The position numbers were made by a program, and so were the translations under genes. A stretch of 64,000 nt of DNA, from positions 47,823,159 through 47,887,158 of the forward strand of contig NC_090388.1 of the NCBI RefSeq assembly GCF_036365525.1. Reading direction: 5' to 3'. Position 1 is the first letter of the stretch. Every line of letters starts with the position of its first letter. Positions 38,640 to 51,693 of this stretch are shown one piece after another. Below the pieces are notes generated by a model. It saw nothing but the letters and a program-made list of their open reading frames with translations, made no database searches and had not been told where the DNA came from. This DNA is from Heterodontus francisci (Eukaryota).

Positions 38640-41600
38640 ATAAACAAAGGGTGGATGAGCAACCTGACCATGGCACCATGGTACAGGAAGCCATTCAAGT
38701 GGAGGGAGAAAAAAGGCATGTAGTAGTAGTAGGGGATAGTATAGTTAAGGGGATTGACACTGTTCCCTGCAGCAAAGAGCGAGAGTCCAGAAGGCTGTGT
38801 TGCCTGCCCGGTGCCAGGGTTCAGGACATCTGCTCAGGGCTGGAGAGGAACTTGCAGTGGGAGGGGGAGGATCCAGTCCTCGTGGTCCATGTAGGTATCA
38901 ATGACATAGGCAGGACAATGAAAGAGGTTCTGCAAAGTCAATATGAAGAACTGGGCACCAAATTAAGAAGCAGAACCTCAAAGGTAATAAATTGCCATAG
39001 GACAAATAAGATTAGAGAAATTAATGCGTGGCTCAAAGACTGGTGTGGGGCACTGGCACCAGTACTGGGGAAAGTGGTGGCTGTACCGTTGGGACAGTCT
39101 AGACCTGAACCGTGCTGGGGCTGGTGTTCTAGCAAGTTGCATAACTAGGGAAGTAGAGAGAGTTTTAAACTGAATAGTGGGGGCAAGGGATCAAATTTGG
39201 GAAGATATGATAAATCAAGGAGTAGAGACAAGCAACAGAGAAAGGTATTAATATGGGAAATGATAAACAGACGGTGAGAGGAAGGGACAGAGCATACAAA
39301 TATAAGAGTAAATCAACAGATAAGGCTGGAGGTTACAAAAATAATAAAAGGACACAACTAAAGGCTCTTATCTGAATGCACGTAGCATTCGAAACAAAAC
39401 AGATGAACTGAGATCGCAAATAGAAATAAATAAGTATGATCTGATAGCCATTACAGAGACATGGCTGCAGGATGACATAGATTGGGACCTGATTATTGAA
39501 GGGTACATGGCATTTAGGAAGGACAGGAAGCTAGGAAAAGGTGGAGGGGCAGCTCTGTTAATTAATGATGGTATTAGTGCAATAGAGAGGGCTGACCTAA
39601 ATTCAGGAAACCAGGATGTAGAAGCAGTTTGTGTAGAGATGAGAAATCATAACGGCAAGAAGTCACTTGTGAGAGTGGTGTAAAGGTCACCTAACATTAA
39701 GCACACTGTAGGACGGGGTATAAAAGAAGAAATAATGGGAGCTTGTCAAAAAGGTGCAGCGATAATTATGGGGGATTTTAACCTACATATAGACTAGAAA
39801 AATCAGATGAGCAGAGGTAGCAGACTTGAGGAGAACATAGAATATTTGCGGGAGAATTTCTTGGAACAATACGTTCTTGAGCCAACCAGAGAGCAGGCTA
39901 TACTAGACCTGGTATTGTGCAACGAGATAGGATTAATTAATGACCTCATAGTTAAGGCGCCCCTAGGTAGCAGCGATCATAATATGATTGAATTTTACAT
40001 TCAGTTAGAGGGAGAGAAGAGTGGGTCCAAGGCTAGTATTTTAAACTTTAATAAGGGCAATAGTGAGGGTATGAAAACAGAGCTAGCTAAAGTGAACTGG
40101 CAAATTAGGTTAAGGAATTGGTCAATAGAAATGCAGTGGCAGACATTTAAGGGGATAGTTCAGAATACACAGAATAGATACATTTCAACGGGAAAGAAAA
40201 ATTCCAAAGGTGGAACCTACCATCTGTGGTTAACTAAAACAGTTAAAGATAGTATCAAACTTATAGAAAAACCTATAATTGTGCAAAGATGGGAGGCAGG
40301 TTAGAAGATTAGACAGAATATAAAAAACTGCAAAGAATGACTAAAAGATTGATAAGGAAGGTAAAATTAGAGTACGAGAGAAAGCTACCTAGAAATATAA
40401 AGACAGATAGTAAGAGTTTCTATAGCTATTTAAAAAAGAAAAGAGTTAACAAACTAGGGTTGGTCCTATAGAAAGCAAGTCTGGGGAATTAATAATGGAT
40501 AATAAGGAGATGGCAGATGAATTGAACAGATATTTTGCATTGGTATTCACTATTGAGGATATAAGTAACATCCCAGTATTAGCTGTAAGTCAGGAAATGG
40601 AAGGGAGGGAGGAACTCAAGAAAATTACAATTACCTGGGAAGTGGTACTGAGCAAATTGTTGGAGCTGTAGGCTGACAAGTCCCTGGGTCCTGATGGATT
40701 TCATCCTAGGGTGTTAAAGAAGTGGCTAGTGAGATAGTGTTAGTTTTAATTTTCCAAAATTCCTTAGATTCGGGGAAGGTTCCGTTAGATTAGAAAATAG
40801 CGAATGTAATTCCTTTATTCAAAAAGGGAGGGAGATAGAAAGCAGGAAACTACAGGCCAGTTAGCTTAACATCTGTCTTAGGGAAAATGTTAGAAGCTAT
40901 TATTAAAGACGGTATAGCAGGGCATTAAAAAAAATTCAAGGTAATCAAGCAGAGTCAAAATGTATGAATTTGTGAACGGGAAATCATGTTTAACCAATTT
41001 ATTGGAGTTCCTTGAGGGAGTTACATGTGCTGTGGACAAAGGGGAACCGATGGATGTTTTGTACTTAGATTTCCAGAAGGCATTTGATAAGATGCCACAT
41101 CAAAGGTTATTGCAGAAAATAAAAGCTCATGGTGTAGGGGCTAACATATTGGCATGGATAGAAGATTGGCTAGCTAACAGAAAACAGAGAGTAGGCATAA
41201 ATGGGTCATTTTCTGGTTGGCAAGATGTAATGAGTGGTGTGCCCCAGGGATCTGTGCTGGGGCCTCAACTTTTTACAATTTATATAAATGACTTAGATGA
41301 AGGGACCGAAGGTATGGTTGCTTAATTTGCTGATTACACAAAGATAGATAGGAAAGTAACTTGTGAAAAGGACATAAGGAAGCTACAAAGGGATATAGAT
41401 AGGTTATGTGAGTGGGCAAAGACATGGCAAATGGAGTATAATGTGGGAAAGTGTGAAATTGTCCACTTTGGCAGGAAGAATAAAAAAGAAGCATATTATT
41501 TAAATGGTGAGAGATTGGGGAGCTCTGAGATGCAGAGGGATCTGGGTGTCCTAGTGAATGAATCGCAAAAGGTTAGAATGCAGGTACAGCACGTAATTAG

Positions 41601-42255
41601 GAAAGCTAATAGAATGTTATCGGTTATCGCGAGGGGCATTGAATACAAAAGTAGGGAGGTTATGCTTCAGCTATACAGGGCATTGGTGAGACCACGTCTG
41701 CAGTATTGTGTACAGTACTGGTCTCCTTATTTAAGGAAGGATGCAAATGCATTGGAGGCAGTACAGAGAAGGTTTACTAGTCTAATGCCTGGAATGGGCG
41801 GGCTGTCCTATGAGGAAAGACTGGACAGGCTAGGCTTATATCCGCTGAAATTTAGAAGAGTAAGAGGCAACTTGATTGAAACATATAAGATTCTGAGGGG
41901 TCTTGACAGGGTGGATGTGGAAATGATGTTTCTCCTTGTGGGAGAATCTAGAACTAGGGGTCACTGTTTAAAAATAAGGGGCCACCCATTTAAGACAGAG
42001 ATGAGGAGAAATTTTTTCTCTCAGAGGGTCATGAGTCTTCGGAATTCTCTTCCTCAAAAGGCGGTGGAGGCAGAGTCTTTGAATATTTTTAAGACAGAGG
42101 TAGATAGATTCTTGACAAGCAAGGGGATGAAAGGTTATCGGGGGTAGGTGGAAATGTGGAGTAATCAGTTCAGCCATGAACTTATTGAATGGTGGAGCAG
42201 GCTTGAAGGGCCGAGTGGCCTACTCCTGCTCCTAATTTGTATGTTCTTATGTTTG
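38640..42255 (+). mobile_element. CR1 LINE, long degenerate copy (ORF1 SGNH esterase remnant, ORF2 endonuclease and RT)
   Basis: VVVGDSIVKG...LPGARVQD...VHVGIND; LNARSIRNK; [10 protein letters not shown]; [14 protein letters not shown]; 3' ATGTTCTTATGTT tail; many stops and frameshifts. Confidence 0.93.
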
Positions 42256-42671
42256 TGCTGCAGTTTCACAGATGCAGATATGTACCACAAACACAATGTA
42301 AACATGCCAGTGTATAAGAGCAGGTTGTTCCTGGAATTGACCATGCCCAAACTTCCAAATGGAGTTACAGTAGACATGCCAACTCGCAGATTTATCATGA
42401 GAGACACTGAGTGGACATTAAAATTGCGCCTCACTCATGATCTCACGATAGACCTCTGAAATCTTAGGATTTTTCAGAGACCTTTTTGTAAATGCACCTT
42501 TCATGGGCTGCTACATGCTACGTTCTGCTCCTTCCCTGGATGGATCATGCCAATGACCACATACAAACTAACTACAAGATGGTAATCTCTATTGCACCAA
42601 CTGGGCCTGAAGCAGATTAAACTGACAGGCCAAATGTTATGAATGCTGAACTTTGTAATATGATTATGTTT

Positions 42672-42876
42672 TTAGATTAGATTAGAGATACAGCACTGAA
42701 ACAGGCCCTTCGTCCCACCGAGTCTGTGCCGAACATCAACCACCCATTTATACTAATCCTACACTAATCCCATATTCCTACCAAACATCCCCACCTGTCC
42801 CTATAATGCCCTACCACCTACCTATACTAGTGACAATTTATAATGGCCAATTTACCTATCAACCTGCAAGTCTTTT
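42672..42876 (-). mobile_element. HE1-like SINE, 3' half
   Basis: Matches 1845-2035; (CTAAT)n tail. Confidence 0.85.
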
Positions 42877-43298
42877 AAAAATTGTGAAAACAGAGAACAC
42901 AGATCAAAGACTTTTTTTGAAAAAAATGAGACTTCGGGAGTAACAGCTAAAGAACAATGGGTTTCAACCTCTCGGACTTTCATGTCACAAATGAGGAGTC
43001 AGTGATTCTGAAGATGCAAATGTACCAGGCAGCTGTTAACAGCTGGGAACAATGGAAGGTGTCGCTGTGAAACCAGACTCCTGGATTTTGCATATTGGGA
43101 AAGGGCCAATAAGCTATTGACTTTTGAGTCCAGATAAATATCACAGATGTTCTGAAGGCAGGCAGGCTGTAAGGGAACCCGGCAATTACAACCTCAGAGC
43201 AGGCTATAAGGAAGACAACCACTGGCAGCAGCCTTGAAGAAGAGAGGAAACACCTGTTCTTGGAAGCCTGAGACAGCGAAAGACTGCAAAGACTTAAA

Positions 43299-43429
43299 TA
43301 AAAGCAAAATACTGCGGATGCTGGAAATCTGAAACAAAAACAAGAAATGCTGGATTCACTCAGCAGGTCTGGCAGCATCTGTGGAAAGAGAAGCAGAGTT
43401 AACGTTTCGGGTCAGTGACCCTTCTTCGG
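43299..43429 (-). mobile_element. Penelope terminal-repeat fragment with hammerhead-like core
   Basis: Reverse complement of 57278-57412; 10-bp TSD AAGACTTAAA (43289-43298, 43430-43439). Confidence 0.87.
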
Positions 43430-43730
43430 AAGACTTAAACCTGTTTTGAAAGTTGAAGCTTGTGAAGAAGTAGAATGTCCAGGTCAGAAGTGCTTGGAGA
43501 ATTGAGCAAAGAGGATATTGATTTTGAAAAAGGTGTGGTAGATCCAAACCATTGCAACTGGGAGGAGTTTGGGACTTTTAACTGCAAAGATTTCACCATC
43601 AAAGAAGATTGTGTAACATATAAGTGTGGTGTGAGGTTTTCAAGTATTTTAATAAGTAAAGAAAATACTTTTCTTTGTTGTTTAGGATATCAGCTACTTA
43701 CAAAGTACTCTTTAGTTGATGGGGATTTCT

Positions 43731-44042
43731 TTTAGTTTAGATTTTAGTTTAGAGATACAGCACTGAAACAGGCCCTTCGGCCTACCGAGTCTGTACCGAC
43801 GGTCAACCACCCATTTATACTAATCCCATATTCCTACCACATCCCTATACTAGGGGCAATTTATAATGGCCAATTTACTTATCAACGTGTAAGTCTTTGG
43901 CATGTGGGAGGAAACCAGAGCACCCAGAGGAAACCCACACAGACACAGGGAGAACTTACAAACTCCACACAGGCAGTACCCAGAATTGAACCTGGGTTGC
44001 TGGAGCTGTGAAGCTGCGGTGCTAACCACTGCGCCACTGTGC
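43731..44042 (-). mobile_element. HE1-like V-SINE with small internal deletions
   Basis: Same family as 1827-2180. Confidence 0.88.
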
Positions 44043-44465
44043 AGTGTTACAATTAGTTGTACAATTACAATAGTTGTTCCAATTAAAGTCTTAAAACGTG
44101 AAACCATGTTGTGCATGTTAGGCGTTTGATGGCCAGCACAGACATGATGAGCCGAAGGGCCTGTTTCTGTGTTGTATAACTCTATGACTCTTCTTTAAAT
44201 TGGTCTGGAGTTCATATCTCGTATTTTTCTCTGAGATTGTAACACCAACACCGAACTGCTGCAAACTCAATGAGTGGGAGCTGGAGAAGAGCAGCTTTAT
44301 CCCAGGCACAGAGCTGGTGGATCTGGCACTCGGCATTGGGCAGCGCTAAACTCAGACTCTCAGCTCACAGTGCCAACTCTGTTAATCTCTGCAAAGTTTA
44401 GGAAAAGTTTGAGCAAAGTTGAGAGCACCTCCTGGCACAGCCTAAACCCCCTGCTCACTCTGGCA

Positions 44466-44797
44466 ATGAGCTCCATAGAGCAACAAATGGAGCAGATAAC
44501 AGCCAGCAGGAGGCCGAGATGTAGACTGCTGAGAGGACCTGGAGGAGAACGTGCCATGGAAGAATATCCAGCAGAACACGTTCATCTCCTGGTGCAATGA
44601 GCTCACATGTGTGAACAAATGGATCGGAGACCTGCAGAAGGACCTGACCAATGAGTTTAAACTGATTGGACTCCTGGAGGTACTGAGCCAGAAGAAGATG
44701 TACAGAAAGTACCAGTCACGGCCCAACCTCCACCAGATGGGGATGGAGAATGTGTCAGTGGCCCTGGACAGAGAAAGGATCTAACTGGTCTCTATCG
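44466..44797 (+). pseudogene. Filamin first coding exon (CH1 actin-binding domain), unprocessed pseudo-exon
   Basis: [43 protein letters not shown]...[39 protein letters not shown] matches the filamin N-terminus; two stops, a frameshift and deletions; ends at phase-1 donor G|GTAGG. Confidence 0.88.
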
Positions 44798-45069
44798 GTA
44801 GGAACAAATCCAATCTCTTGTGTGGTCTCCCTGCCTGCCAGGGCTGCACTCTACTGCTGCTTTACTGAGGGTGCTGTACAGTCCTAGGGGTAATGGGGGT
44901 GGGGAGGAGGGGAATTGGTCCCTCACCAAATCTCAAAAACAAGACTTCACAGCTTCCAGAACTGGCCCATGTGGAGTTGGACCTGTAGTTTGCAAGGCAT
45001 GAGTTTAAACCCATGTGTGCTTTAGTCTTTGGATTTGTTGGTTGGTTACATTTGTAAATAAAGGTGTTC

Positions 45070-45425
45070 ACAATCTCAAAGGGTTTTGATGAGTAAATAA
45101 GGAGAAACTGTTTCCAGTGGCAGAACAGTTAGCAACCAAAGGGCACAGATTTAAGGTGATTGACAAAAAAAACAGAGGCGACTTGAAGCAAAAGAAAAGT
45201 AGGCAGTGAGTTGTTGTGATCTGGAATGCACTGCCTGAAAGGGTGGTAGATGCAGATTCAATAGTAACTTTTAAAAGGAAACTGGATAAGTACGTGAAGG
45301 GGGAACATTAAGCAGGACTACGGGGAGAACAGGAAAATGCGACTAATCAGATAGCTCCACCAACAGTTGTCACAGACACAATGGGGCAAATAGCCTCCTT
45401 CTGTGCTGTATCATTATATTGTATA
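45070..45425 (+). mobile_element. CR1 3' fragment
   Basis: TKGHRFKVI...VVVIWNALPERVVDADS. Confidence 0.7.
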
Positions 45426-47284
45426 AAACTCGCTAACCTTACCCACATGTGGAGAGACTGTCGCTTCCAAACTTGGAACCAGGGAACGGCCGCTTCCACT
45501 CTGAGCAGCCACTTGACCATCTTCATGAAGTGCATGCACTATCCAATTCGAGCAGCTCTGGAGAGTCTTCTCCTAATGTGCATTGAGGTGATTTGTTTTC
45601 AGTGGGGGTGCAGGTTACATCATCGATTGCAACATCTATATCTACATTGTTCAATATAATATTTTTCATTTTAGTGACCAGAATACTTTACAAGGACGAA
45701 AAGGATAGGGAGCACATGCCTTGGAGTAAATAGGAGAGAAATGAACAAACAGATTACTTTGAGGTATTCAAAAGCACAGAGGAGGGGAAAGTTTTTGAAC
45801 AGGTTTCTGAAAGCAGGTTTCTGAAAGCAGGAAGGAACTGAGTAAGGATTTCCAGGCGGTTGAACAAGCAACTTCCAGCAGTGGAACAGAGAAAGCAAGA
45901 GATGTTTAGTTGTTAAGAGGAGCAGAATGTGTGTTCAGAGTTACTAAGGTAGGGTGGGGCAAAGGGGTCATGAACTAATTTGAAACCATAGATGGAAATT
46001 TTGACATTGGAGCATAGAGATGTCAGTGAAGGCTCTAACCAGTTCCAATTAAAAAAGGCAATGTAAATATTTTATAGTACTCTTGGCATTTTCAGGTGTT
46101 TGTTAAAATCCTGCTTTGCATTTTTGAAATGTGCATATCAAAGTATAATATTTTTGGTAATGCCTATTGTTTAACATGTACTCAGTTAGGGAAACTCACC
46201 TTGAATATTGAAGAAATAACAGTAGCATCAGTACAAAGTATTTCCATTCTGGTCCTAAGCAAAAAGGGGTTAATGAAAAAAAACAGCTTGAAGAATTGCT
46301 TCTTACTGAATTTATCTGCCATCTTCTTTGGCTTTACAGTTCAGACCTGCTGCTTAATTACAATAAATTTCTGGCACAAAGTAAGTCATATTAATAATGA
46401 TTTAATTATTTTTGCCAGTATTTATTCCCCATACCTAGTTTCCCCAAGGGCATTAAGAGTCAACTATGTAGTTTAGGACTGGAGACTGTAGTCATGTGCG
46501 GGGTAGACCCTGTTGGTTCCCTTCCCGGAAGGACATTAATGAATCCATAGCAGTATGGTAAGAAAGGATTTGATAAACTAACAAAAACATATCAGGCCCA
46601 GTTTTAGGAGTTTTTTTGGCTTTAGAACTATCATTCAAAATAGAATACCCCCTAGAAACCTGCCTCATTCAGCAACTCCACAACTAGAGATACTAGGATG
46701 GTAAATATGACCCTCTTTTGAGACAGAATGCACAACTGGTAGCATTTTTTAAATGATTTTTGTAAAGCATTTTCAGATGTACTAATATAGTTTTTGTGAA
46801 GAGCTCTGACCTGTTAGAGGTTAAATAAGCCATGAATGAGATTTATAAACCAACGGTCAATCTATATTAGTTTGTGTTTGGAAAAAATAGCAACTCATAA
46901 TTTTTATATCTCTTGATTTTTAGGAGTTGCTCTCATGATAAATGAGACAGTGCGGTTGGTATGTCTGTTACAGTCACACTGTAACTAAAAAACTTCAGCC
47001 AACTGTTCAAATATTCACAACCATTTGAATTTTCACAATGTTGATAATGTTTATGTTTTCTTCTCAGCTTTATTTAAGGCAATAGGGTAGATCCTATTTT
47101 AACTCCTAAAGTATGGGTAGAGGGTTGATCAAATTTCCTTCAACTGTGGATTTAGGTTACCACTTCTTAAACTATAGTCATAGTGCCAGCAGAGTTCAGA
47201 CCCAGCTTTCAAAAACTTGAACTATAGCTGTCTCTCTGTAATACTGAATGCAGAATCTGACTACTTGTCCCAATAGCCATGTCA

Positions 47285-47745
47285 GCTGTAGCTGTTGCTC
47301 AGTTGGTAGCACTCTTGCCTCTGACTCAGCAGGTTGTGTGTTCAAGTTTCACTCCAGGACTTCAGCACAAAAAACAAAGCTGATGCTCCAGTACAGTACT
47401 GAGGGAGTGCTGCATTATCTGAGGTGCTGTTTTTCAGTTGAGATGTTAAAGTGAGACCCCATCCACCTTCTCAGGTGGATGAAAAAGATCCCATGGCACT
47501 ATTTTGAATAAGCACAGGTAAGTTATCTCCAGTGACCTGGCCAATATTTATCCCTCAATCAACAGCACAAAAACAGATTATCTGGTCATTATTACGTTGC
47601 TGTTTGTGGGAGTTTGCTGTGCGCAAATTGGCTGCCACATTTTCTATAACAGTGACTATACTTCTAAAGTACTTCATTGGCTATAAAGCACTTTGGGATG
47701 TCTTGAGTTTGTGAAAGATGCTATATAAATGCAAGTCTTTTTCTT
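47285..47745 (+). mobile_element. Deu-domain (SacSINE1-like) SINE, full length
   Basis: tRNA head GCTCAGTTGGTAGCAC...GTTCAAGT; Deu-like core; ATAAATGCAAGTCTTT tail. Confidence 0.8.
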
Positions 47746-48736
47746 TTTAACACTGTGAACACACAGCCAATATTCATTCAGCAAGAAGAGAATTAATAAT
47801 TGCTAAACAGAGCATGATAGACTGGGCTCAGATCCGGCAAAGTTTCTGTTGTATTACCTGTATTTGGAGCCATACAAACTCAGTTGAAGAGTCAGCATAA
47901 AGGTTGTACTTGGAGCTTTATTGAGAGATTGTTCTCACATGTGCTTATAGCTGGGCATCATGGCAGCACCACGTGGGTGATTACATCACTTCCAGTTGTG
48001 GCGCGTACATATGCATTAACATGTATTCAAATAGCTTTGCTTACTTTTGCTATCACAACATCCCCCTTCCCTTGAATAGAGGTTCAATTCAGTTTAACAC
48101 TGCTATGTACAAATAGGTATTTCTTATGGGGTAGAAAAATGGTATCGATGTTACATACTGGTAGTGTGATATTCTAGCACATATAATTTGCAAATTCATA
48201 TCTTATACCATGCCTTTTAACTTTAACACATTCTCCTATATTAGTAACACTAAACACTAAACTACAGCTAACACGAGTCCTTAATTCTAAGCAACTATAA
48301 ACACTGCCTAACATAGAACATTACAACCTATAACAACACTTAAAATGACTACTCTCCAAGGTGCTAACTATTCTCGTATTCTTAGAAACGTGCTGGTTGG
48401 CGGCTGACTGAACCAGATCTGATAACAGATTTTCAGTTGTCAGTTTTCTCGGCCTGAGGTTTGGGTTTGCAATGGCTGTTTTCAGGAGTAAGTGTGCTCA
48501 GTTTAGTACTTGTCATCCTATAGTCAGCAAAACGCACGCATTCACACGTAGGTAATGCTGTTGGATTTCCCGATGCATGGCTGACAGAGAGTTCTCTGAG
48601 GTGAGACCTATTTCTCCTTAGTGTAGTTCTATTCGGTATCACCTTGTGGTATCGTGGCTCCCTGTAAACTTTCGACACTTCTGCTGGGATCCACATTTGG
48701 TCCGGTGGGGGTAAGACTCTCACTCTCTGACTGACA

Positions 48737-49082
48737 TGGGCGGCATAGGGGCGCAGTGGTTAGCACCGCAGCCTCACAGTTCCAGCGACCCCAGATCGGT
48801 TCTGGGTACTGCCTGTGCGGAGTTTGCAAGTTCTCCCTGTGACTGCGTGGGTTTCCGCCGGGTGCTCTGGTTTCCTCCCACAGCCAAAGACTTGCAGGTT
48901 GATAGGTAAATTGGCCATTGTAAATTGCCCCTAGTGTAGGTAGGTAGGTGGTAGGAGAATGGTGGGGATGTGTTAGGGAATATGGGATGAATGTAGGATT
49001 AGTATAAATGGGTGGTTGTTGGTCAGCACAGATTCAGTGGGCTGAAGGGCCTGTTTCAGTGTTGTATCTCTCTATGACTCTA
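48737..49082 (+). mobile_element. HE1-like V-SINE inside the Gypsy integrase region
   Basis: Full-length family match; short ATGG duplication. Confidence 0.88.
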
Positions 49083-50225
49083 TGGAGTGTAGGTAGTTCT
49101 GCATTGGCACGCTTATCATGAGGGTCCTTCATCCTGTTCTGTCTTTGTTGCAGTTGGTCCTTGATCGAAGATGACTTCGTGAGGTGGTGGCCTGGGAGAG
49201 TGGTCCTCACTGGCTGACTGAACAGGATTTCAGCTGGGATGACAATTCAAAATCCAACGGAGTTGCACGGAGATGTAACATTGTGATCTGGATGTCTCGT
49301 CCAGTTTCTGTGTATTTCCTGATCAGAGATTTCACCGTTCTGACCACGCGCCCCACCAATCAGCTGGAGTGAAGATACAGGGGAGATTATGTGATGTAAC
49401 TGGCAGACCATTTCTCGCTCATGTCTTGGAAGGGTTTCCACTGTACTGTGGACCATTGTCCGATATGACTTTCATCAGGTTACCAAAAAGGCTGAATATG
49501 GCACTTACAGTGCTGGCCATTGCTGCACTTGACATGTCCCTGAGCCTTTGAATGATTGGATATTTGGAGCGGTAATCAGTTAGGAGTAGGTAGTAGATCT
49601 GTTTCTAGCTTGGTCCATGGAGAGGATGGGATATCATGTGGCTGGAGTGGCTCCTTCTGTTGTTTGGTTTGGTGTTCTTGGAAAGCATCACACACTTTTA
49701 CAACCTGGTTGATATCTTTGCTAATGTCAGGCCAGAACACTGATTCACGAGCAACACGTCTCATCTTCTCAATCCCCATATGGCCCTGGTGAAGCTGACC
49801 AAGAGTGCCGAAGCAAAGCGTTGCCGGAATTGATACTTGGTGGCCTTTGTAAAGCACTCTGTTTGATTTGGTGATCTTGTTCCGATACGATCAGTATATC
49901 CTCAGGTCTGTGGGTATCCCCTTGATGGTTTCTGGCCAGCCATCGACAACTATCTGCCACAGGGATCTGGGGAAGTCTCTCTCTGGAGTTCCTCTCGTTT
50001 GCTGTGACCAAAACACATCATATCAATGTTGTAAACATCCTCTACATTTGCACATACCTCGTCAACCTGGAAGTCGAGTGGTATATCTGTGTTTTTACGA
50101 GGTTAGCCACTCTGCTCAGAACATCTGACAGATCCATCTGGTTGCCAGCTTTGTACCTGACATCGCAATTGTAACCTTGGATCTTTATCAGGAATCTCTG
50201 GAGGCAAGATGATGCATGTTAATGG

Positions 50226-50440
50226 TTGGTTAGTTTTGTTGTTAAAGATACACAGGTGAAGGACATTGTTTAATTAAGGAGTTAGAGCAGATATAGAGAG
50301 AGCCTGCTGGCACACAGGGGTTGGAAGCAGGAGGCAGAGATATGTAATGCTGCATTCTGTGAATAAACTGACTATCAAGAAAAGGTTCTGTATTTAGCTT
50401 CATTTGGCTTGGATCTGTTTATCAGTGCGCTGATAAGCAG
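50226..50440 (+). mobile_element. ~215-bp LTR-like insertion in the Gypsy RNase H region
   Basis: Splits the minus-strand KPLEMIWRK|PLTC motif; contains TATA-like ATATAGA and AATAAA. Confidence 0.5.
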
Positions 50441-51693
50441 CTTCCTCCAAATCATTTCGAGAGGTTTGTGGTCCATTTCAACTGAAAATTTCTTACTGAA
50501 AAGATGCATGTGGAATCTGGTGATTCCAAAAACAAGTGCTAGAGTCACACATTCGATGTCTGAGTAGTTTGCCTGGGTAGGCGATAGATTCTTTGATCTA
50601 AATGCTACTGGTTTGCTGTCCTGCAGAAGGCACGCCCCAAGACCTTCCTGTGAGGCATTTACCTCTCGCGTTGTTGCTTTCTGTGGGTCATAGTATTGTA
50701 GGCACGATTTGATGAGAATGCCTGCTTAAGTGCATTGAATGCATGTTGATACTCATCTTGCCAGAGGAACGGTGTGTCTTTCTTCAAAAGCTCTGAGTGG
50801 AGATGCATTTTCTGAGAAATTTGGGATGTATTCTGCCAGGAAGTTGAACAAACCTGAGCATCCCTGCAGTCATCCTTATCCTGTTGTGTGGTCAGGGGTT
50901 AATGTCTTCAATTTTACTTGGATCTGGGTGAATACCTGTGTTGGAACAGATAGACCCGAAGAAATTGATGTGGCTTGTCATGATGGAACATTTCTTGCTA
51001 TTGAATTCTAAACCTTTATGCCTGGCGGTCTCCATCAGCATGTGAAGACTTCTATTGTGTTCCTCTTTGTGTGCCCTAGTACAGCGATGCCATCTGCAGT
51101 GCATACGCAACCTGGGACACGCTCTGTTACTCAGTTCATGTGCTGCTGGAAGATGTCTTGGCTGACCGATAGCCCGAAAGGTAGGTGAAGGAAGCAGTAT
51201 CTGCCACAAGGGGTTCTGAAGGTCATCAGCATTCTTAGCATTGAGCTTGGAAAAATGCCTGGCTCGTGCAAACATTGGGTTGACTTCTTCCCGGGTTGGC
51301 ACCTTGTGGGACATTTCTTCAGTGCTCTGTTCAGCCTCCTCAGTCTAGTCACAAGTGAATCGAACCATGTTTCTCGACTGTGGTGGTCATGGAATTGCAC
51401 CAGTCTGTGTGGTGCTGTACTTGGCGAGTTATGTCTTGCTTCTCCATGCCATCTAACTCTATCCTTAACTTGTCCTGTATATGCACACTACACTTCCATG
51501 GCGAGTCAATAGATGCTGTTGCGTCTTCCTTGAGCTGAAGAACTGCATCGCCATGGAAGTTGCCGACTGTGTCAAACCAGTCTGGGAACATTCTTTGGAG
51601 GTCCTTGACTGATTTTATGGGGATGTATGTACCTGGATTGTCGTGGTCCTTCGATTGGCACAGCTTGTGGATCATTACTATATTGAACTCGTG

